From Candidatus Dormiibacterota bacterium (GTDB lineage: Bacteria; Chloroflexota; Dormibacteria; Aeolococcales; Aeolococcaceae): a stretch of 64,000 nucleotides of DNA. Within the stretch, counting starts at the first letter, position 1. Each line of letters begins with the position of its first letter. Below, one piece after another: positions 7,505 through 16,379 of the stretch. The translations under genes and the position numbers were made by a program. The DNA lies in the NCBI GenBank assembly GCA_019245575.1, contig JAFARE010000044.1, forward strand, positions 25,090-89,089, given 5' to 3'. The notes beneath the pieces are model-generated. The model saw nothing but the letters and a program-made list of their open reading frames with translations, made no database searches and had not been told where the DNA came from.

Positions 7505-8512
7505 ATGGCGGCCATGACAGAACGGATCGAACGGTCGGTGACATCCATCTCCTGGATTCCGTCGGAGGCCGTCGAGGGGATGACAAAGGCGGCCTTCACA
7601 AGCGGTTTCTCGCACTACGACGACCCGCCACCCGACGTCATCGAGGATCTCGAGGCGCTGCGCGCGGCGGACCGGTTCCGTTTCGCGAACCAGCTCACGG
7701 CGTGGATCGACGTGGACGGCGACCGCATCGTCGACAGCGGCTACACCGGTGGCGGAATGATCGGCGCAACGACGGTGCGGCTGGGACCCAAGGCGATCAC
7801 GTTCGCCGCCGTCCCTCTGCCGGACAAGCAGGAAACGCCCGACGTGGGCGGCACGTGGGCGCGCTTCACGCAGACCGCCGGCGGCCGCACCGGGCTGCCC
7901 GCGCCGCGGCCGGTGCGCTATCCGCCGTTCGTGCAGATCAGCGCGCCGATTGCATGGACGACACTGTCGCTGACCATCCACGCAGACGGGCGCGCCGAGC
8001 ACGCGGTCGCCGGCGCGAGCGCATTTCCGCGCCACTGGATCTACGACGACGGCGGGAAGCTCGTCGCCAAGACCGGGCTGGTGGACTGGAGCGACTGGTT
8101 CGGCAAGGCGTTTGGCAGCCGCACGCCGTGGGGCGGCGAGGATTCGCCCGCGCTGGTCACGCAGGTGGAGACAGCACTGGAGCGTGAGCTGTCGACGCAC
8201 ATCATGCGCGGCGAGCGCAGGCCGCGCATCCGCGAGGTGAAGGCCGGCGCGATGCTCGTGGAGCAGGGCGACGTGGGCACGCAGCTCTACCTCGTGCTCG
8301 ACGGCGTGCTCTCGGTTGAGGTGAGCGGCGAACCGCTGGCACAGGTGGGGCCGGGTGCGGTGCTGGGCGAGCGCGCGCTGCTGGAGAGCGGCGCGCGCAC
8401 GGCGTCACTGCGCGCGGTGACGCAGTGCAGGGTTGCCGAGGTCGAGGGCGACGCCATCGACCCGTCATTCCTGCATGAGCTCGCCGTGGGTCACCGCCGC
8501 GAGCACGGCTGA
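7505..8512 (+). CDS. protein with an unassigned ~230-aa N-terminal domain and a C-terminal cyclic-nucleotide-binding domain
   Basis: Start at ATG 7505 (MAAMTERIERSVTSISWIPSEAVEG). The C-terminal cNMP-binding beta-barrel signature is VKAGAMLVEQGDVGTQLYLVLDGVLSVEVSGEPLAQVGPGAVLGERALLESGARTASLRAVTQCRVAEV. No HTH was seen. Confidence 0.8.
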   Translation: MAAMTERIERSVTSISWIPSEAVEGMTKAAFTSGFSHYDDPPPDVIEDLEALRAADRFRFANQLTAWIDVDGDRIVDSGYTGGGMIGATTVRLGPKAITFAAVPLPDKQETPDVGGTWARFTQTAGGRTGLPAPRPVRYPPFVQISAPIAWTTLSLTIHADGRAEHAVAGASAFPRHWIYDDGGKLVAKTGLVDWSDWFGKAFGSRTPWGGEDSPALVTQVETALERELSTHIMRGERRPRIREVKAGAMLVEQGDVGTQLYLVLDGVLSVEVSGEPLAQVGPGAVLGERALLESGARTASLRAVTQCRVAEVEGDAIDPSFLHELAVGHRREHG

Positions 8513-8517
8513 GGCCG

Positions 8518-10666
8518 ATGCCGTCCAGGTTGCCGTTGTCGCGCGCGCTCGCATGGGGCTGCTCGGGTTTCGCGCTGCTGCTCGGGGCGACCATCATCGC
8601 GCTCGACGCCGTCAACGCACGCTCGATTCACGGCCCCGACCAGGCCAACGTGGTCGAGCTGATCATCACCCTCACGTTCTCCATCGTCGGCGGCATCATC
8701 GCCACGCGTCTGCCACGCAACGCAACCGGATGGCTGTTCCTTGCCATCGCGCTCAACCAGGGCATCTCCGGCGTCGCGGCGCAGTACAGCCTGCTCGCCC
8801 TCGTGACGCATCCCGGATCGGGCCCTGCAGCGCAGTGGGCGATGTGGCTGTACAGCTGGGGCGCCGGCCTCACCTATCCCAACGGGTTCGCTGCCCTTGC
8901 ATTCCTGGTGATCCCCACCGGGCAGCTGCCATCGCGGCGCTGGCGTCCTGTCGTCGCGGTCGACCTCTTCTTCATCGCGGTTCTGCTGGTGCCCAGCATC
9001 CTCGGTCCCGGGCCAATGTCCACGGGCAACACCGCCCTGCCGTCTCTCGCCAACCCGGTTGGTGTCGACGCGCTGGGCTTCTTGACCTCCAACAGCAACC
9101 CGGCGAGCGCAGTCATCTACATTGGCGGCCTCGTTGTCGCGCTCATATGCGCGTCAGCGCCACTGGTCAGAATGCGGCGCGCGCGGCGACGAGCGCGCGC
9201 AGCTCAAGTTGATCGCGTTCACGATCGTCGTGACGACGGCCGTCGTCATCGTCGTCACCATCGCCACGCTCGTCTTTCCCCAGCCCCTGCAGAGCCCGCT
9301 GGTCTGGCTCATTCCCATCGGCCTCGGGTACGGCATCCTGCTGCCAGTGTCGATCGGCGTGGCGGTGTTCAAGTACCGCCTGTACGACTTCGACATCATC
9401 ATCAACCGCGCCCTGGTGTACGGCGCGCTGGCCGTCGTCATCACGGCGGTGTACGTGGGCATCGCGGTGGGATTCGGCGCGCTGGTGGGGAGCGGCGGCA
9501 AGCCCAACCTGGGGCTCTCGATTCTGGCAACGGCGATCGTGTCGGTGGGATTCCAGCCCTTGCGGGCGCGTCTGCAGCGTGTGGCCAACCGCTTGGTGTA
9601 CGGCAAACGCGCGACACCGTACGAGGTGCTGTCTGCATTCTCCAGCCGCGTGTCCGAAGCCTATGCGGGGCACGAGCTCCTGCAGCGCATGGCCACGCTG
9701 CTGGGCGAGGCGACGGGCGCGGACGCCGCCGAGGTCTGGCTGCGCACCGGCGATCACCTGCGCCGCGACGCCGTGTACCCGCTGAGCGCGGCCCCACGCG
9801 ACGTCGTCGCGCTGAACGGGTCGGCGGTGTTGCACATCGAAGGCGCGGCTGTCGTCGTGCCCGTGCAGCACAACGAGGAGCTGCTGGGGGCGCTGACGGT
9901 GACGAAGCGCAGAAGCGAGGAGCTGAGCGTGGTCGAGCGCAAGCTCGTCGACGACCTGGCGCACCAGGCCGGGCTGGTGCTGCGCAACGTGGGCCTGACT
10001 GCGGAGCTCGAGGCGCGGCTGGAGGACCTGCGCGCCTCGCGGCAGCGATTGGTCACCGCGCAGGACGATGAGCGGCGTCGGTTGGAGCGCAACCTGCACG
10101 ACGGCGCGCAGCAGCACCTCGTGGCGTTGAAGGTGAAGCTGGGACTGGCGGGCATGACGGCACGCAAGGATCCGGAGAAGGCCAGTGCTGCGATCGAGCA
10201 GCTGCAGGCGGATGCGGACGAGGCTCTCGAGACGCTGCGCGACCTGGCCCGCGGCATCTATCCGCCGTTGCTGGCCGACAAGGGACTGCCGGCTGCGCTG
10301 CAGGCACAGGCGCGGAAGGCGACGCTGCCGGTGAGCATCGACGCGGACGGCGTCGGCCGCTATCCGCAGGATGTCGAGGCGGCGATGTACTTCTGCTGCC
10401 TCGAGGCGCTGCAGAACGTGCAGAAGTACGCGAAGGCGTCGCAGGTGGTGATCCGGCTGCGCGCGGACGGTGCCGCGCTGCAGGCGGAGGTTGAGGACGA
10501 CGGCGCGGGGTTCGACACCGGGTCGGTGCGCCGCGGAGCAGGGCTGACGAACATGGAGGATCGCATCGACGCGCTGGGCGGCTCCCTGCAGGTGGAGAGC
10601 GCGCCGGGAAAGGGCACAGTGTTGCGCGCATCACTGCCGGTGGAGGGCACGGCGGCTTCGGTCTGA
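8518..10666 (+). pseudogene. membrane sensor histidine kinase (multi-TM sensor - GAF-like - HisKA_3 - HATPase_c) interrupted by a +1 frameshift near 9175-9187
   Basis: Frame A (8518...) encodes multi-TM sensor helices up to ...CASAPLVRMRRAR and then turns into Arg/Ala junk. Frame B (9122...) is junk until ...GDERAQLKLIAFTIVV, then continues with TM helices, the H-box region RLVTAQDDERRRLERNLHDGAQQHL, and the ATP-binding region (EVEDDGAGFD, GAGLTNMEDRIDALGG). The junction lies in the run GCGGCGCGCGCGGCGAC (9174-9190). Confidence 0.75.
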
Positions 10667-10752
10667 CGGCGCGCGGTGTGCACGCTGCGTGGTGTACGTG
10701 GTTCGGTCATTGTCCGCGTCGGGGCGAACAGGTGTTCGGTATCATCGTCTAC

Positions 10753-12027
10753 ATGCGCGAGGCAAAGATGCAGTACGCATGGATTGATGGCTCGATGAGG
10801 GCCGTGCGCGCCGCGCCGGAGATCGCCGAGCTCGGCCGAGCCGTGCACACATATCTTGCGAACACGCGGTCCGCGAGGCACCCCGTCGAGGTCGGCGAGG
10901 ACCTGCGACAACTGCGTCACCTGCAGGATCTGCTCGAGCTCGACTTCTCGCGGCGTGCGGCGGAGTACGCCGCGACCGACCAGGCCGAGCGCGAAGGGTC
11001 TGCCACCGTGCAGGACTGGATCCGTCATGAATGTCGAATGTCGGCAACCGCAGCTGACGCGGCTGTTTGCGCGGGTCAGCAAGCCGCCAACCTGCACCTC
11101 AGCGAGCGGGCTGTCGACCGTGGCGACATCGGCTTCGGGCATTTCGTGTTGATGGCACGCACGGCTCGTGCGCTGGCCGACTCGCCCAGCGGTCAGCCCT
11201 TCGACGAGGCACCCCTGCTCCGTCAGGCGATCGCGCACAGTGTCGGGCGGTTCAGGCACGACTGCGCGCACGCCCGCCATGCCGCCGACGCAAAGGGAGT
11301 CTTGGCCGAGCACGTCGCGGACGTGGAGGCGCGCTATCTGGAGCTGCGATCCGGCGAGGGTGGCGCGTGGTTCCTGCGCGGCTTTCTCGATTCCGTTGGA
11401 GGAGCGACGCTGCGCACCGCCCTTGAGCCGCTGGCTCGGTTCAGCGGCGCGGACGACACGCGCAGCCGCAGCAGGCGGCTCGCCGACGCATTGGTTGAAC
11501 TGTCGGCGCATGCATTGGACACAGGCGCCATCCCCTCGACCCACAGCGTCCGCACGCATCTGCAGCTCACCGCATGCGCTGAGACCCTCGCGGGAACGCC
11601 CGGCGCGCCGGCCGGTGGGCTGGAGCACGCTGGACCGATTCCCGCAGCCACCGTGCAGCGCCTGGCCTGCGATGCGGGGATCACTCGCGTGCTGCTGGAC
11701 GCGAAACAGGCACCGCTGGATGTGAGCCGCGAGCGCCGCCTCCCCGGCGTGTCGACGCGCCGCGCACTCCAGGCACGCGATCGCGGCTGTGTGTGGCCTG
11801 GTTGCGAGCGCCCGGTGTCGTGGACCTCAGCGCATCACATCGTGCATTGGGCGCACGGCGGCAAGACGGAGCTCAACAATTTGGTGCTGATCTGCCACCG
11901 GCATCACTGGATGGTGCACGAGGGCGGCTGGCAGCTCGCGCGGACGCAGGACGGCACGGTGATCAAGCTGCCGCCGGCGCCCGACCGGCAGCCGACGGCC
12001 CGGGCGCCCGACGGCGCCGCGGCGTAG
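10753..12027 (+). CDS. HNH endonuclease with a DUF222-type N-terminal region (REP13E12-like family)
   Basis: The C-terminal HNH signature is RDRGCVWPGCERPVSWTSAHHIVHWAHGGKTELNNLVLICHRHHWMVHEGGW. The long helical N-terminal region is typical of actinobacterial DUF222 proteins. The start is uncertain (ATG 10753 or 10768; the track starts at 10678). Confidence 0.8.
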   Translation: MREAKMQYAWIDGSMRAVRAAPEIAELGRAVHTYLANTRSARHPVEVGEDLRQLRHLQDLLELDFSRRAAEYAATDQAEREGSATVQDWIRHECRMSATAADAAVCAGQQAANLHLSERAVDRGDIGFGHFVLMARTARALADSPSGQPFDEAPLLRQAIAHSVGRFRHDCAHARHAADAKGVLAEHVADVEARYLELRSGEGGAWFLRGFLDSVGGATLRTALEPLARFSGADDTRSRSRRLADALVELSAHALDTGAIPSTHSVRTHLQLTACAETLAGTPGAPAGGLEHAGPIPAATVQRLACDAGITRVLLDAKQAPLDVSRERRLPGVSTRRALQARDRGCVWPGCERPVSWTSAHHIVHWAHGGKTELNNLVLICHRHHWMVHEGGWQLARTQDGTVIKLPPAPDRQPTARAPDGAAA

Positions 12028-12681
12028 TCAGACGCGGCTGCGCAGAGTCTCCAGGCCTTCCCCGCTGAGGTCGCCGAGCGCGGCTTTGCGCCCGGTGATT
12101 GCGAGGATGAGTGATGCTGCAGAGCCACTCACTTCGGGTCCGTCACCTGCGCTCCAGTCGATGTCGGTCGCGTGCAGCTTCAGACCGGCGCTGCGCTGCT
12201 TGCCATGCAACAGCGGTGAGGTCTGGCGCGCGAAGTCCACGACCGCGAGGAGCGTTCCCGGCGCGGTCTCGACGTGCTTACCGAGCGGACGCGCCATGTC
12301 CTCTCCGTGGATCACCGCCTCCGCCAGCCACGTGCTCTTCGGGCCAGGGGGTGACGTCGTGCGGTTCATGGTGTCGCGGTACTGGCGCAGCACCTCGGCC
12401 GTGCTCTGCCCAGCGTGGCGATCAACGCCCTTCTGGTTGAAGGCGTCGAAACGAAAACCGCTGCTGAGAAAGCGCCCGAAGAACTGTCCCGGCGTGATCG
12501 TGTGCGTCTCCACGCAGTGACCGGCCACGTCGCGCACGCGCCACCCGCCGCACAACGATGCCGTGTTCCACTCCTCCTCCGTCAGCGTCCCGAGCATCGC
12601 GCCGACCTTCTCGCGGTGCTCGTGGATCAACGGCCACAGCTCAGTCGCGCTCAATGCCTTCGCAGTCGTGGACATCGCCAA
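12028..12681 (-). CDS. maleylpyruvate isomerase-family, mycothiol-dependent enzyme-like (DinB/MDMPI_N) protein
   Basis: N-terminal signature ELWPLIHEHREKVGAMLGTLTEEEWNTASLCGGWRVRDVAGHCVE. 217 aa. Its stop abuts the stop of the HNH gene, with a convergent gap of 0 bp. Confidence 0.75.
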   Translation of the reverse strand: MAMSTTAKALSATELWPLIHEHREKVGAMLGTLTEEEWNTASLCGGWRVRDVAGHCVETHTITPGQFFGRFLSSGFRFDAFNQKGVDRHAGQSTAEVLRQYRDTMNRTTSPPGPKSTWLAEAVIHGEDMARPLGKHVETAPGTLLAVVDFARQTSPLLHGKQRSAGLKLHATDIDWSAGDGPEVSGSAASLILAITGRKAALGDLSGEGLETLRSRV

Positions 12682-12793
12682 TCACCACCTCACGTCTCAT
12701 GTCGCCGTCACTCGACTTCCTGCGGCCGCCCATTGTATCGACGCATGCAACGGTGCGAAGGGCCGGCCACGCGCTGCGGCCGGCCCCACGCAG

Positions 12794-13108
12794 TCACATG
12801 ACGTCGAACGTCTCCGCCACCTCGATGCTGCCGCCGTTCTGGAGCACGGGGCATCCCCGAGCGAGCTCGACGGCGCCGTCGATGCTCTCAGCCTCGACGA
12901 TGCTGTATCCGCTGAGCGGGTTGGCGCCTCCGCCCTGCACCACCGAGCCGTTGCTGATGGTGCGGCTCTGCCCCACGGGATTGCCCGGGTCCTTGATCGC
13001 GCCGCCGGCCTTCTGGAACCACTCGCCCCAGGCAGCCAGCACCGCGTTGCGCTCCTCGTCGGTCTCGGCCATCCGGCCGCCGTGATACGCCAGAAGGTAC
13101 TTGGCCAT
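12794..13108 (-). CDS. YciI-like (DGPF-type) protein
   Basis: Start at ATG 13108 (MAKYLLAYHGGRMAETDEERNAVLAAWGEWFQKAGGAIKDPGNPVG...GYSIVEAESIDGAVELARGCP), 104 aa. Confidence 0.8.
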   Translation of the reverse strand: MAKYLLAYHGGRMAETDEERNAVLAAWGEWFQKAGGAIKDPGNPVGQSRTISNGSVVQGGGANPLSGYSIVEAESIDGAVELARGCPVLQNGGSIEVAETFDVM

Positions 13109-13184
13109 GGTCACCACACTCCTTTCATGTTGCCGTTGGTTGATTGGGTCGACTCCCGGGATCCACATGAATGACGTCCGCTGG

Positions 13185-14489
13185 TTACACCTCACCGAGC
13201 GCGCGCCGGCCGGACATGCCGGCGTCGCTCAGTTCCGCGCCCTCGCCACCGCTCTCCACACGGCGACGGATGAGCTCGCGCTCGGCTGGGTTCTGCGTCA
13301 GCTCCAGCGCCCGCGCGTCCGCCTCGCGCGCTTCGTCATGACGTCCGAACGCGCGCAGCAGCTCCGCACGCGTCGCGTGGTAGAGGTGATACCGATCCAG
13401 CGCCGGCGCCAGCGCCTCCACCTCCTCCATTGCGGCCGCAGCTCCGCCCACGTGCCACAGGGCGATGGCACGATTCAAGCGCACCACCGGCCCCGGAGCG
13501 AAGCGCAGCAGCGCCCCGTACAACGCGAGGATCTCCGGCCAGTCGGTCGCCTCGTACGACGGCGCTTCTGCGTGCGTCGCGGCGATCGCCGCCTGCAGCC
13601 AGTACGGCCCCGGTGAACCGAGACGTCGCGCCCGTTCCAGCAGCGCCGCCGCGGACGCGATGGTGTCGCCGTCCCACAGCGCGCGGTCCTGGTCGCGCAG
13701 CAGCACGAGTGCGCCGCCGGCGTCGAACCGCGCCGCCCGGCGTGCCTCGTGCAGCTGCATGAGCGCGAGCAGCGACATCACCTCGGGCTCATCCGGCAGC
13801 AGCCGGTCGACGAGCCGACAGAGCCACAGCGCATCCGCGCACAGGTCCCGGGCGGTGCTGCGCTCCGGCCCGCTGCTCAGGTAGCCCTCGTTGTAGACGA
13901 GATACAGCATCGCCAGCACCTGCGTGAGCCGCTCGGGCAGCATCTCCGCATTCGGCACGCGATACGGAATGTGCGCCTCGACGATCTTGCGCTTGGCTCG
14001 CACGATGCGCTGCGCCATCGTCGCTTCGCTCACAAGGAATGCGCGCGCGATCTCGGCCGTCGTCATCCCCATCACCGCGCGCAGCGTCAGCGCAACCTGC
14101 GCCTCACGCGCGATCGCCGGGTGGCAGCACGTGAACACGAGGCGCAGGCGGTCGTCCGGCTCGCCCTCGCTCGAGCCTGACGCCATCGACATCAGCAGCT
14201 CCAGCTTCTCCCGGTAGCGGGTCTCGCGCCGCAATCGGTCGATGCCGCGGCGCCGGGCCGCCTGCAGCAGCCACGCGCCGGGCCGGTCGGGCAGGCCGTC
14301 GCGGGGCCACGTGCGCAGCGCCGCCTCGATGGCGTCCTGCACCAGGTCCTCGGCGAGGTCGAGGTCGCCCAGCTGCCGCGTGAGCTCGGCGCAGATCGCA
14401 CCCGCCTCCTCGCGGAAGACGGCGCTGATGGCATCGGCTGCGCCGCCGCCACCGGCCGTGACATCGATCGACATCGGCCCCCCGCTCAC
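13185..14489 (-). CDS. ECF-type RNA polymerase sigma factor with a long C-terminal TPR-like extension (COG4941-type)
   Basis: Sigma region 2 is DLAEDLVQDAIEAALRTWPRDGLPDRPGAWLLQAARRRGIDRLRRE. Region 4 is VMGMTTAEIARAFLVSEATMAQRIVRAKRKI. A ~230-aa helical C-terminal extension follows. GTG 14489 overlaps the stop of the upstream YciI gene (GTGA). Confidence 0.88.
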   Translation of the reverse strand: MSGGPMSIDVTAGGGGAADAISAVFREEAGAICAELTRQLGDLDLAEDLVQDAIEAALRTWPRDGLPDRPGAWLLQAARRRGIDRLRRETRYREKLELLMSMASGSSEGEPDDRLRLVFTCCHPAIAREAQVALTLRAVMGMTTAEIARAFLVSEATMAQRIVRAKRKIVEAHIPYRVPNAEMLPERLTQVLAMLYLVYNEGYLSSGPERSTARDLCADALWLCRLVDRLLPDEPEVMSLLALMQLHEARRAARFDAGGALVLLRDQDRALWDGDTIASAAALLERARRLGSPGPYWLQAAIAATHAEAPSYEATDWPEILALYGALLRFAPGPVVRLNRAIALWHVGGAAAAMEEVEALAPALDRYHLYHATRAELLRAFGRHDEAREADARALELTQNPAERELIRRRVESGGEGAELSDAGMSGRRALGEV

Positions 14490-14845
14490 ATCCCCATCTC
14501 GCCGTGCTCGACGATGGGGCGGATCTCCACTGCATGGTCGTGCGCCGGCCAGCGCTGCGCGATCGCGATCGCCTCATCGAGATCCTCAGCCTCGATGATG
14601 GTGAACCCGCCGATGCCCTCCTTCGTCTCCATGAAGGGCCCGTCGGTCACGAGCGGCTTGCCCTCGGCCCAGCGCACGGTCGTCGCGGTGGTCATCGGCT
14701 GCAGCTCGGCGCCCGGGTTCGCGATCTTCCCGTTCGATCCGAGGTCCATGAAGAACCGGTTGATCGACTGGTAGACGTCACCGTGGTCGGGCCTGGACAG
14801 GAATCCCTCCTCGTCCTCGCGAATGAACATGAGCGCGTACTTCAT
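14486..14845 (-). CDS. YciI-like protein with the DGPF(M)ETKE motif
   Basis: MKYALMFIREDEEG...GKPLVTDGPFMETKEGIGGFTIIEAEDLDEAIAIAQRWP, 119 aa. Confidence 0.88.
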   Translation of the reverse strand: MKYALMFIREDEEGFLSRPDHGDVYQSINRFFMDLGSNGKIANPGAELQPMTTATTVRWAEGKPLVTDGPFMETKEGIGGFTIIEAEDLDEAIAIAQRWPAHDHAVEIRPIVEHGEMGM

Positions 14846-14921
14846 CGGGCTGCACCTCCAACGTCTTCATGGCGTGCCTCGATAGTGACGACGAACGAGC
14901 CCAAGCGAAATCGACAGCCGC

Positions 14922-15323
14922 CTAGCGGCGGTTGTGAAACTCGACGGTCCAGCGCCACTCGCTGCCGTCGTCCGCGTTCCACCAGGCGCGCAGCAGCCCC
15001 ACCTCGCCCCCCGGCAGGATCACGGGCCGCCCCAGGTCGGTTTCGTCCGGCCACACGTCCTCACGGCTGACGGCGCCGTTGCGTATCACCAGGCGTGCCA
15101 TCGGCAGCGAGCGCTGGGCGCGCAGGTCGTCGCCCCGCGCCACCAACGCCCCGTCCGCCGTGCGGACCTCCACCGAGACGCGCTCGGGCAGCGCATGGGC
15201 CACCACCACGTCGGCCGGCGCCAGCTTGCCCCGAGCGAACTCGAGCCCCATGCTCGCGGCGGTCGTCTCCCGCAGCTCCCAGACGTGCGGGCCGCCGTCG
15301 GTGTGCGCTTGCTGCGCGGTCAT
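14922..15323 (-). CDS. hypothetical protein
   Basis: 133-aa ORF with ordinary composition (MTAQQAHTDGGPHVWELRETTAASMGLEFARGKL...LRAWWNADDGSEWRWTVEFHNRR) and high GC3. No family recognised. Confidence 0.6.
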   Translation of the reverse strand: MTAQQAHTDGGPHVWELRETTAASMGLEFARGKLAPADVVVAHALPERVSVEVRTADGALVARGDDLRAQRSLPMARLVIRNGAVSREDVWPDETDLGRPVILPGGEVGLLRAWWNADDGSEWRWTVEFHNRR

Positions 15324-15412
15324 CGCGCACCACTCTAGGCGCTCGTCACCCGCGCGAAAGTGATAGCCTCGGTATCAATATTGGCGATAACGGAGGTGTG
15401 GAGATGGCAACC

Positions 15413-15655
15413 ACCAAGCAGAGAAACCGGATGCCGGAATCCGCCTTCGCCTTTCCCGAGCAGCGCAAGGAGCCGCTCAGCGACGCGAGCCATGTGCGCA
15501 ACGCGATCGCCCGCTTCGACCAGGTCGAGGATGTGAGTGACGCCGAGCGCGATCGCGCCTGGAAGCGGATCCTGGCGGCGGCGCGCCAGTTCGACGTCGA
15601 GGTGTCGGAGAAGAGCTGGCGCGACTTGATGCCGGGCGGCAAGACGAGGCGCTGA
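15413..15655 (+). CDS. small hypothetical protein (80 aa)
   Basis: ATG 15413 is preceded by GGAGG (15401-15405). Sequence MATTKQRNRMPESAFAFPEQRKEPLSDASHVRNAIARFDQVEDVSDAERDRAWKRILAAARQFDVEV. The rest of track ORF 15095-15655 upstream is Pro/Arg junk. Confidence 0.7.
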   Translation, partial: TKQRNRMPESAFAFPEQRKEPLSDASHVRNAIARFDQVEDVSDAERDRAWKRILAAARQFDVEVSEKSWRDLMPGGKTRR

Positions 15656-15680
15656 CCTCGAGACGCGGCACCATGCGCGT

Positions 15681-16262
15681 GTGCCGCTGACCGACCACGA
15701 CGCACGCGAGGGGGAGCTCCGCGCCGCCACGATCGGCGGCGAGCCGGAGCGGCTCGACGGGCCGGTGCACCTCGCCGAGTACGACCCCGCCTGGCCCGCG
15801 CAGTTCCTGGCCCACGCGGAACGCATCCGTGAAGCGCTCGGCGCGCGCGCCCTCGCCGTCGAGCACGCGGGGTCAACCGCGGTTCCCGGTCTGGCCGCCA
15901 AGCCGGTCATCGATATCGTGCTCTCCGTGGCGGACTCACGCGATGAGGCAGCGTACGTCCCGGCGCTCGAGGCGGCCGGCTACACGCTTCGCATCCGCGA
16001 GCCCGGCTGGTACGAGCACCGTCTGCTGCGCGGCACGGCGCCTGCCGCCAACGTGCACGTGTTCTCGTCGGGCTGCCCGGAGGTCGCAAGGATGCTCGCC
16101 CTCCGCGACCGGCTCCGCGCCAGCGAGGCAGATCGGGCGCTCTACGAGAGCGCGAAGCGGGACCTCGCGGCGCGCACCTGGCGCTACATGCAGGACTATG
16201 CGGACGCCAAGAGCGCGGTGGTGGCCGGGGTCGTGCGCCGCGCCGGCGTCGATCCCTCCTGA
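15681..16262 (+). CDS. GrpB-family protein
   Basis: LAEYDPAWPAQFLAHAERIREALG...VEHAGSTAVPGLAAKPVIDIVLSV...YEHRLLRG...VHVFSSGCPEVARMLALRDRLRA...YADAKSAVV. Confidence 0.82.
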   Translation: MPLTDHDAREGELRAATIGGEPERLDGPVHLAEYDPAWPAQFLAHAERIREALGARALAVEHAGSTAVPGLAAKPVIDIVLSVADSRDEAAYVPALEAAGYTLRIREPGWYEHRLLRGTAPAANVHVFSSGCPEVARMLALRDRLRASEADRALYESAKRDLAARTWRYMQDYADAKSAVVAGVVRRAGVDPS

Positions 16263-16379
16263 TGCAGACGCATCACGCGAACGCCAGAGGCACCCCCGAT
16301 AATCGCCCAGGGGTAGATCCGGCAGTGGTGCCGCGCCTCGTGCTGTCCGTCGGAACCGGGGAGAGGTTGGGGGCTGAAC

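Noticed and set aside
9122-9190. ATG 9122 as an independent start of a shorter kinase.
   Set aside because: The first ~20 residues in that frame (MAASLSRSYARQRHWSECGAR) are not protein-like. The upstream frame encodes the matching multi-TM sensor part right up to the junction. A single frameshifted gene explains both halves better.
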